A stretch of 64,000 bases of DNA from assembly GCF_009914755.1 (NCBI RefSeq), contig NC_060929.1; one strand, written 5' to 3'. Below the pieces are notes generated by a model that was given only the letters and a program-made list of their open reading frames with translations, was not told where the DNA came from and did no database searches. The position numbers and the translations under genes are program-made. Positions 13,965-23,486 of the stretch are shown here, in pieces; position 1 is the stretch's first letter; every line of letters begins with the position of its first letter. Origin of the DNA: the human T2T-CHM13v2.0 reference genome, Homo sapiens.

Positions 13965-14509
13965 GTTTTACCTGGAGGCTGCCATGATACTGGTAAGTGT
14001 TGTGACAAGAAAGAGAGGGCGGAAGATGCCATATTGAATGTACCTGGCTTCCAGGTATAGCTGCCAGCATTTACATATAAAGGCTCCTAGTTTGCATATC
14101 TATGCCTGTCTTCTCAGGCTGCTTTCTGTTAGGGAAGAAACGGTTTGGGGGCTGATTTTTATTAAAGGAAAATTCCACAAGAACTTTCACCCTTTCTAGC
14201 TGCCTAAGAATTATTTCTTAACTCCTGTATTACAAGTATTTAAACATTTTAAATGATCTGTCAGTGCTGGTTGGTTTTGTTTCATGATTTGTGGCAAGTC
14301 TTTCACCACAGTCACACCCTTTTCAATATAACGTGCTCACCAGAGCTGGCATTTGCTGTTATGATCCTTGGCTGGATGTTCTGTTTCATGGATTGCATAT
14401 CTTTTTTATTTACAACCTTATTTCACTGGTGCATATTCTCTGGTAGCTTCCTGCTGGCTGTGGTTGTGCATAAAAGGAAGAACTGAATACTAGCTATCAT
14501 GGGCCAAGT

Positions 14510-16260
14510 TATGTCTATACAGCAGCTTAAATGGGCTGTACCCTGTAGCATTCCGAGGACAGGCCTGAATTCTGAGAAGGGAAAGTGGTAAAAGTATTGT
14601 CCAGTCCTTTTTAAGTTGGTGGCTGAGCTTGGTAAGGTGTGTTTTTAAAAGACCTTTAGTCCATTCTACTTTTCTTGAAGATGGAGGACCGTAAGGGATA
14701 TAAAGGTTTCACTGAATACTAAGAGCCTGAAAAACTGCTTGGCTGATTTGACTAATAAAGGCTCGTCTGTTATCAGACTGTATTGAGGTGGGAAGGCTAA
14801 ACTGAGGAATTATATCTGACAGAACAGAAGAAATGACTGCGGTGGCCTTCTCAGACCCTGTAGGAAAGGCCTCTACCTATCCAGTGAAAGTATCTACCTA
14901 GACTAAGAGGTATTTTAGTTATCTGACTCAGGGCATGTTGAGTAAAGCTAATTTGCTAGTCCTGGGTGGGGCAAATCCTCGAGCTTGATGTGTAGGGAAG
15001 GGAGGGGGCCTGAATAATCCCTGAGGAGTAGTAGAATAGCAGATGGAACACTGAGAAGTTATTTCCTTGAGGATAGAGTTCCACGATGGAAAGGAAATGA
15101 GATGTTCTAAGAGGTGGGCTAGTGGCTTGTACTATAGCATAACCTGCCTTTGCTGGTGTGTGGCTATTAGGCCTGGTGGAACCGCCATCAATAAATCAAG
15201 CGTGATCAGGGTGAGGAACAGGAAAGAGGGAAATTTGGGGAAATGGGGTGAATGTCAGGTGGATCAGAGAGATACAGTCATGGGGGTCAGGTGTGGTATC
15301 AGGAATAACGTGGGAGGCCGGATTGAAGTCTGGGCCAGGAACAACGGTAATTGTCGGGGACTCAACAAAAGAGTGAGTATAGCTGAAGGAGCCGGGAAGC
15401 GGAAAGTGTATGCGTCAGGTATGAGGAAGAAAATAGATTTTGGAAGTTATGAGAACTGTAGAGAGTGAGTTGAGCATAGTTTGTGATTTTGAGGGCCTCT
15501 AAAAGTATTAAAGCAGTGGCAGCCGCTGCACGCAGACATGAGGGCTAGGCTAAAACAGTAAGGTCAAGTTGTTTGGACAGAAAGGCTACAGGGTGTGGTC
15601 CTGGCTCTTGTGTAAGAATTCTGACCACGCTAACCATGCCTAGGAAGGAAAGGAGTTGTTGTTTTGTAGAAGGTGCTTGGGTTTGAGAGATCGGTCAGGC
15701 GCGATTGGCAGGGAGAGCACGTGTGTTTTTATGAGAATTATACCGAGATAGGTAACAGATGAGGAAGAAATTTGGGCTTGATTGAAGTAATGGGGGCTGT
15801 CTGTGAAGCTTTGTGGCAGTACAGCCTAGGTAATTTGCTGAGCTTGATGGGTGTCAGGGTCAGTCCAAGTGAAAGTGAACAGAGGCTGGGATTAAGGGTG
15901 CAAAGGAATAGTAAAGAAAGCATGTTTGAGATCTAGAACAGAATAATGGGTTGTAGAGGCAGGTATTGAGGATAGGAGAGTATATGGGTTTGGCACCATG
16001 GGGTGGATAGGCAAAACAATTTGGTTGATAAGGCGCAGATCCTGAACTAACTTGTAAGACTTGTCTGGTTTTAGGACGGGTAAAATGGGGGAATTGTAAG
16101 GAGAGTTTATAGACTTTAAAAGGCCCTGCTGTAGCAGGCGAGTGATAACAGGCTTTAATCTTTTTAAAGCGTGCTGTGGGATGGGATATTGGCGTTGAGT
16201 GGGGTAAGGGTGATTAGGTTTTAATGAGATGGTAAGGGGTGCATGATCGGTCGCCAAGGA
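14510..16260 (-). pseudogene. pol: HERV-H pol remnant (RT, RNaseH/integrase), frameshifted and internally deleted
   Basis: ORF 15892..16257 SPYNSPILPV..YKLVQDLRLINQ..VLDLKHAFFTIPLHP; the YxDD region appears absent, as in common deleted HERV-H; integrase C-x2-C (QCSIC) near 15040. Confidence 0.85.
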
Positions 16261-16299
16261 GGGAGTAGAGGTATCTTATACTTGTGGGTTAAGGTGGGG

Positions 16300-16700
16300 G
16301 GATACAAGAGGAGGACGCAAAGGAGGCTTTGGATAGGAAAGAAGGGCGGCAATGAGATATAGCTGTAGTCCGGGAATAGTCAGGGAAGCAGATAATTTAG
16401 TTAAAGTGTCTCAGCCTAATAAGGGAACTGGGCAGGTGGGGATAACTAAAAAGGAGTGCTTAAAAGAGTATTGTCTAAGTTGGCACAGAGTTGGGGAGTT
16501 TTAAGAGGTTTAGAAGCCTGGCCGTCAATACCCACAACAGTTATGGAGGCAAGGGAAACAGGCCCTTGAAAAGAAGGTAATGTGGAGTGGGTAGCCTCCG
16601 TATTGATTAAGAAGGGGATGGGCTCACCTTCCACTGTGAGAGTTACCCGAAGCTCGGCGTCCGTGATGGTCTAGGGGGCTTCCGAGGCGATCGGGCAGTG
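16300..16700 (-). pseudogene. pro: HERV-H protease remnant
   Basis: ORF 16446..16634 FLINTEATHS (catalytic DTGA degenerated to NTEA). Confidence 0.8.
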
Positions 16701-17750
16701 TCAGTCTTCAGCCGCTAAGCCGAGAAGATCTGGGAAGGAGTCAGTCAGAGAGCCTTGGGCCAGAGTTCCAGGGGCTCTGGGAGTGGCTACCAGGTGAGTT
16801 GAACAGTCCAATTTTCAGTGGGGTCTCACACAGATGGGACGCGGCTTAGGAGGAATCCTGTGCTGTGGGCATTCCTTGGCCCAGTGGCCAGATTTCCGGC
16901 AGGTGTAGCAAGCTCCTGTGGGAGGAGGTTCTGGAGGAATGCCTGGCCGCTGCGGTTCAGGCGTTTGGAAGTTCTTGTGTGCTGGAGATGTGGCTGGGGT
17001 TTGTCTCACAGTGGAGGCAAGGAATTGCAACTTTTTTCTATTGTCGTACACCTTGAAGGCGAGGTTAATTAAATCCTGTTGCGGGGTTTGAAGGCCGGAA
17101 TTTAATTTTTGGAGTTTTATTTAATGTCGGGAGCAGATTGGGTAATAAAATGTATTTTGAGAATAAGACTGCCTTTTGACCTTTTAGGGTCTAGGGCTGT
17201 AAAGTGTCTCAGGGTTGCTGCCAAACAAGTCATGAACTGGGCTGGATTTTTATATTTGATGAAAAAGAGCCTAAATGCTATCTGATTTCGGATAAAGAAA
17301 AAGGAGCATTAACCTTGACTATGCCTTTAGCTCCAGCCACCTTTTTAAGAGTAAATTGCTGGGCAGGAGGGGGAGGGCTAGTCACGGAACGAAACTGTAA
17401 GCCGGACCAGGTGTGAGGAGGGGAGGCGATAAAAAGATTATAGGGTGGAGGAGCAGAGGCTGAGGAAGAATTGGGACCTAGCTCGGCCTGGCGAGAAGCA
17501 GCCTGGGAGGAAGGGAGAGGTCAGATGGGTCTGTAGAAAAGGAAGATTAGAAAGACTCAGGGACGCTTGGGGTTGGTACTGAGGGGACAGGTGGGAGGGA
17601 AAGAAGGAAGATTTGGGACGAGTTGCACTGGGCACAGAGACTAGGAAGGGACTGATGTGTAAAAGGATGCCTGGACGTCAGGCACCTCAGACCATTTGCC
17701 TATTTTACGACAAGAATTATTTAGATCTTGCAGGATGGAAAAATTCAAAG
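16700..17750 (-). pseudogene. gag: HERV-H gag remnant
   Basis: ORF 16815..17051 contains an intact CYTCRKSGHWAKEC zinc knuckle; second finger degenerate. Confidence 0.85.
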
Positions 17751-18011
17751 TGCCATTTTCTGGCTATTTGGAACTACTGTTGAGTTTGTATTGGGGTCAA
17801 GAGGCACTGCAGAAGAAAATAAGGCATTTAGGTTTTAGGTCAGGTAAGAGTTGATGAGGTTTTAAGTTTTTGAGAACACAGGCCAAGGGAGTAGAAGGAG
17901 GAATAGAGGGTGGAAGGTTGCCTATAGTGAAGGAAGCAAGCCTAGAGAAAAAAGAACCCCCGAACCCCTCCCCTCCGTTTCTCTACTCTCTCACCTTCCA
18001 GAAAAGTGGGA

Positions 18012-18195
18012 AAAGGGGTTGGGGCACAGAGATAAGAGGTTGGGGCACAGAAATAAGGGGTAGGGGCACGGAAATAAGGGGTTGGGGTGCAGAGATAAGA
18101 GGTTGGGGTGTGGAAATAAGGGATTGGGGCACAGAGATATAAGAGGTTGGGGCGCAGAAATAAGGGATTGGGGCGCAGAGATACGAGGTTGGGGT
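18012..18195. repeat. About 21-bp tandem repeat in HERV-H leader
   Basis: ggttggggcacagagataaga-like unit, about 8 copies, G-run rich. Confidence 0.85.
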
Positions 18196-18630
18196 ACTTG
18201 CCCCTCTAGAAAAGCGGGACTTGCCGCTAAGAGTGAAGGAGAAGGGGTTGAGGGGTACTTGCCCCTCCCCCAGAAAAGCAGAGAAGGGGTAGAGACAAGG
18301 AGAGAAGGGGTTGGGGTACTTGCCCCTTCCCCAGAAAAGCGGGACTTGCCACTAAGGGCGAAGGACCAAGGCAGGCATCCCTGCGTGGCCTGACACCTTT
18401 GAAACGTGGATGAATAATCAGGCGTCCCTGCAATGATTAAACACCAAGGGAAGGCTGCCTTCCCAGTCCGTGACCGGCGCTGGAGTTTTGGGTCCACGGA
18501 TAAAATGTGTCTCCTTTGTCTCTCCCAGAAAACGAAAGGAATTGAAATTAAGAGAAGGGAGAGACTGAAGAGTGGAAAGGAGAAAGTGGTTGAGGTACAG
18601 TGAGAGAGGTTGGAGAAGACAGTAAGAAGA

Positions 18631-18650
18631 GGCCGCTTACCTGATTTAAA
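18631..18650 (-). promoter_or_regulatory. HERV-H major splice donor
   Basis: Minus strand TTTAAATCAG|GTAAGCGGCC (exon ends 18641). Confidence 0.8.
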
Positions 18651-18764
18651 ATTGGTGAGATGTTCCTTGGGCTGGTCGGTCTGAGGACCTGAGGTCGTAG
18701 GTGGATCTTTCTCACAGAGCAAAGAACAGGAGGACGGGATTGATCTCCCAAGGGAGGTCCCCCG

Positions 18765-18782
18765 ATCCGAGTCACGGCACCA
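18765..18782 (-). other. Primer binding site for tRNA-His
   Basis: TGGTGCCGTGACTCGGAT immediately after the LTR. Confidence 0.92.
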
Positions 18783-18784
18783 AA

Positions 18785-19235
18785 TTTCATGCGTGTCCGT
18801 GTGAAGAGACCACCAAACAGGCTTCGTGTGAGCAACATGGCTGTTTATTCCACCTGGGTGCAGGCAGGCTGAGTCCGAAAAGAGAGTCAGCAAAGGAAGA
18901 TGGGGTGGGGCCGTTTGATAGGATTTGGGTAGGTAAAGGAAAATTACAGTCAAAGGGGGGTTGTTCTTTGGCGGGCAGGAGTGGGGGTCGAAAGGTGCTC
19001 AGTGGGAGTCTTTTTGAGCCAGGATGAGCCAGGAAAAGGACTTTCACAAGGTAATGTCATCACTTAAGGCAAGGACCGGCCATTTACACTTCTTTTGTGG
19101 TGGAATGTCATCAGTTAAGGTGGGGCAGGGCGTATTCACTTCTTTTGTGATTCTTCAGTTACTTCAGGCCATCTGGGCATATACGTGCAAGTCACAGGGG
19201 ATGCGATGGCTTGGCTTGGGCTCAGAGGCCTGACA
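18785..19235 (-). mobile_element. LTR7 (HERV-H 5' LTR)
   Basis: TGTCAGGCCTCTGAGCCCAAGCCAAGCCATCGCATCCCC...GCATGAAA, about 450 bp; AATAAA at 18844-18849; two ACAAAAGA SOX-like motifs. Confidence 0.96.
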
Positions 19236-19239
19236 ATAA

Positions 19240-19545
19240 GTATGATTCACTAAAATATATTAATAAGCTGGACTTTATTAAAATTGAAATTTTCTGCTCT
19301 GTAAAAGAAACTGTAAAGAGAATAAAAAGGCACGTCACAGAGTAGGAGAAAATATTTGCAAAAGAAATATCTGACAAATGACAGTTCTTAAAAATATACA
19401 AAGAACTCATAAAACCCAACAGTAAGAAAAGGAGTCATCCAAGTATAAAATGGGGTAGAAATCTTTACAAACATCTCATCAGAAAGATATACAGATGGAA
19501 AATGAGCATATGACAAAATAGTTAACATCATATATTATTGGAAAA
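19240..19545 (+). mobile_element. Old L1M ORF2 3' fragment (HERV-H insertion target)
   Basis: ggactttattaaaattgaaattttctgctctgtaaaaga...ggagaaaatatttgc. Confidence 0.75.
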
Positions 19546-20089
19546 GCCAATATCGGTAGGGCGTGGTAGGGTCAGATGTTGGTCTTTGAATCTCACAGGC
19601 TTAACAAAGAAGAGACCCTTTTTAACTTAGGCTGCCTTTACAACAGAGATCAGGGGCTTCTGCTAATTGCAGCCAACCAGAGGCCCAGGCTGCTTTTTCA
19701 ACAGGCTTCCACTTCTCTAGAGCAGTAGAAATGGGAAGAGGGTATGGCCAACTTCACATTGGCTTTTAAAGCCCTGATAAAAACGTAGCACACCTTATTT
19801 TCATGCACATTTCTTTGAACAACGTGAAGCAAGGGAAATATTTGGGGAAACTGTAATACAGATAAAAGCTATACTCCACCTCAGTGAAGTTCATTTGACA
19901 CCACCAGCGTCATGACACTAATCAGACCGCCAAAGACAGAACTTTTATTTTGATGATTTCCTTTCCCTATTTCCTTTCATGCATCGCCCTCCTTCTTCAA
20001 TGCCATATGCAGAGAATGACATTAGCTCGTCTCCCTGATCATGAGGACATCCAGTCTTTCATGGGCAACAGACAGCACATACCACACTC

Positions 20090-20160
20090 AGTTTATTTCA
20101 TCTCTCTTTTCTAATACCAGAGTTTAGTTTATTTCATCTCTTTTCTAATACCAGAGTTTA
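20090..20160. repeat. About 36-bp tandem duplication
   Basis: agtttatttcatctc(tc)ttttctaataccagagttt x2. Confidence 0.85.
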
Positions 20161-23144
20161 ACAACCGAGGACATTTTCCCTTGCACATACCGCATCAGTG
20201 ATAATCTGTTACTACTTCCCTATTTTTATGAGCTTTAATAACAAATACAATCATGATCACATTAAAAGATCATTGATATGCAGTAAGATGACATGTGTTG
20301 ATCAGACCTTGCCTTTCATGATGAACATGTCTCTAAATTGCCGGAACTGTTCCTGTAATCACTTGTTCCACCAAAGCGTCTTTCCTGGGATCTGAATGGG
20401 AATGTGGGTGGGCATCAGCTCTCCTAGTGAATAGCTCCACACCACTAATGGGCCTAATTTACAGACTTTATTCAGGCTGCTGAGTGTGTCTCCAGGAATT
20501 TCCCCAGAATCCTGGAATGTCATGTGCCCCTCTAAAAACTAGTGGAAGTCATGTCCTTATTGAAGAAAGCATTCAATTCTATTATCAAGCTATGTATAAA
20601 AATGCCAAAAGTCTTTTATGTGGCATTTATAACTCCTCATTAGCATGATCTTTCTAATATTTGGAAATCCTCAAAGCTGCATCAGAGCTTACCTAATTTT
20701 AAACTTGATGGGTGAGTAGATTATTTTAGACAGAGTCAAAAACCTTTTTTACTGTCAATTTCACTATCATTTATTGATTATTCTCAGTAATATGGAACTT
20801 GCTAAAAATGTTCACAATTTAGTGGATACTTTTCACAATGAATAATGCAAATCCATTCTAAGAATCATGATCAAGTTATCCAATGTTAGACATTTTGAAA
20901 CATTCCTTCATATAGTCTGGAAAAACATCTAGTACATGTAAGAAGATGAGGATATCATTTTCTTTAATATTTAGTACGTTTGAAATGTGCTTGAAATTCA
21001 AAAGCAAAAATGAACCAATATCTCACTCCAGTGAGAGCCTAGATTTAAAATAACACATACAGATTTTTAATAACATAAGTATTGTATAATCTTAAAATGT
21101 CTAGCAACGTGATACTTGCAGAACTTCCTGTTTTTCAAAAGAACAGGGCTGAGCTTTTCTATTGATACTTAAGGCTGCATGATAGCCCTTCAGAGTGTAG
21201 AGTAGTATAGAAGATTGCTGAAACCTGTAGCTTACTCCATTTTAACATAAGCCTCTTTGAAGTTAACATTTCCTTTTATTTTCATTACATATGATTGAGA
21301 TATTAATTTTGATTTATTTTAAAACTAGTTTCTTTAATAAATTCTCAGCCCCTACTGTATGGTCATGATGAGAAAGACTTTGAGTGTCCATAGGCAATAT
21401 TTAGTCATTACATTATATGACAGTATTTCCCAGAACACACCGTATTTTGTGTAGTAATGAAATAGAAGTGGAGTTTAGTTATTTTTATTGTGATCACATT
21501 TTCTGTAGGAACCATTTGTCTTTGTTTAGATAGGAGTCTTCTGCCTTCCAATTTGTGAACGTTTTTCATAGATGGTTCAAAATCCCTGGGATTTTGCCAA
21601 TCTAGAACTTGTAGTGTATTTATGCCACACATATGAATTTAGGCACCACATTGAAATGTACCAGAGCTTTATCAACTCCATTTATAATATTTATTTCCAT
21701 CCATTTGTTCATTTACTTGAAGATCATTTTTCCCAACCCAGTGCTTTGGGTGACAGAGAAGTAAACTTTCTTTGTACTTCCCTAGATCAGAGAATAGTGT
21801 TTCTTAGTCATCTTTAAGAAAAAGGACCACTTCCTTCTAAACTTCTATTTTGCAAAAGCTAAGGTTAATTCTCCTTATCGTCTTTACTTTCTGCCCCATG
21901 CCTCTGAGGAGAGACTCTTCCCTATTCTCTGCCCTGCTCTCTGAACTCCAAAAATTCACCTGTTTGGATGACATCCAGGCTCTTTCTTACCTTCTGTCTT
22001 CTTTTTGTGTCTGGGCAGTATGAAGCCCTATCACACTGAAAGGAGAGAGAAGCGAGGTCAGTGTGGTTGGTTGGAGCCTGGGGTCCCCTCTGCTTGGTCA
22101 CCTACCTCCTGGTGGCTGCATCTGCTGCAGAGTAGCTCAGCTCCCATAAGGTGGGCCTCCCGACGGCCCTCTGTATTTCCAGTTCAGATAGCACAGCCTT
22201 TCTTCTGCCCATCGGGCATAGGGTTACTATCAGCCCATCTTATAGCCCAGGAATCACCCCCATCTCATGTGATTTCCCAGTCACCTTCCTGTATCTATAA
22301 AATCTGCCTTTTTAGTAAAATCTTCTCACAGTGTCTTAATCTGACTATGCTGTTTTCTGCTTGACTGTGACTGATTATCAGTCACAGAATAAAGTTTAGA
22401 ATCCTGTTAATTCCTCATGTCTGTAGTTTATCAATACAGAAGTGCATTTGTTCCTTATTTGGTTTTATCTGGCCAAGCATTTCTCTATCTCTTCCTCTCC
22501 CTCCTCCACCCTTGTGTATATATGTGTGGGGGATGGGATGGGGGTGTATGTCTATGTGTATATGTTTCTGTGTGTGGTGTTGTGGGAGAATGAGGCCAAT
22601 TCCTACCATCATACTGACAGAAATTTACTACCATTATATACAATCTAAACTTGGATTCTACTTCTGGAAACATAACTCTGGGACAATGCCTGAAATGTGA
22701 CTTTACAATTTTCTTCAGAGACTTAAATAATGCAGGAAAGCAGAAATACTGGAAAGAAGCAAAGAGGTATCTCTGGATGAGTTCCATTATACCAATAGTG
22801 ATTCAATAGTAGGAAGATTTACTTTGTGGTTTACTAATCAAATTTACAATGCAAAATGATCCCTCACATTAATAGTCATTAACATATAAGCTAGGCATTT
22901 TTTTTTGTCTGAAGCTTTGTTTTTTTAATTAAATACATGTTGAACTGTGCTTGCAACTAAAAAAAAAAAAAATCAGAGAAAGACAACCACATCAGCTGGA
23001 TTCCTGAGTGCCAGTGGCAACATGAGAGGCTGGAGCTTAGAAAAAGAGGCTGTCTCATATTTTTCCTGACCAAGAGCACATAGAGCACAATCAGAGTCCA
23101 TGTGTCAAGGGCTACTTTAGATAAGTAATAAGAACAAGTTAAGT

Positions 23145-23397
23145 GGCCAAGGCAGGCAGATGCTTGAGCCCAGGAGTTGGAGACCATCCTGGGCAACACG
23201 ATGAAACCGCATCTCTACAAAAATGTAGTCAGGCTTGGTGATTCACAGCTGTAGCTCCAGCTACTTAGGAGGCTGCGGTGGGAGGGTCACTTGAGCCTGG
23301 GAGTTTGAGGCAGCAGTGAGCTGTGATCACATCACTGTGCTCCAGCCTGGGAGAAAGAGTGAGATCCTGTCTCCAAATTATAAAAATAAAAATAAAA
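23145..23397 (+). mobile_element. AluJ, 5'-truncated
   Basis: gcttgagcccaggagttggagacc...gagctgtgatcacatcactg; J-type diagnostics; A tail. Confidence 0.88.
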
Positions 23398-23486
23398 GAT
23401 CATGGCCAAATCTATCTTAAAATTTGAGAATTGACCAATTCCAAGGTGGGAAATGAGATTACTCAGAACACTTATTAAAATTGTTA

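Larger units (their letters stand above)
12244..14232 (-). mobile_element. MER61-like ERV1 solo LTR interrupted by LTR12 (pieces 12244-12639 and 13965-14232)
   Basis: Reverse complement begins taatacaggagttaagaaataattcttaggcagctagaaaggg; ATTAAA at 12366-12371; flanks caaa/caag. Confidence 0.7.
14510..19235 (-). mobile_element. HERV-H provirus, 3'-truncated (5' LTR7-leader-gag-pro-pol; no env, no 3' LTR)
   Basis: LTR7, His PBS, Gag CCHC finger, protease, RT and integrase remnants; similarity ends within integrase at about 14510. Confidence 0.95.

Noticed and set aside
14510-19235. Identification as the ESRG or LINC-ROR locus, or as a coding-competent provirus
   Set aside because: The ESRG-equivalent start is CTG and the frame differs; protease and RT catalytic motifs are lost; I cannot assign a chromosomal location from sequence alone.
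22365-22387. 11-bp perfect palindrome ctgtgactgat-t-atcagtcacag
   Set aside because: Too short and isolated to interpret.
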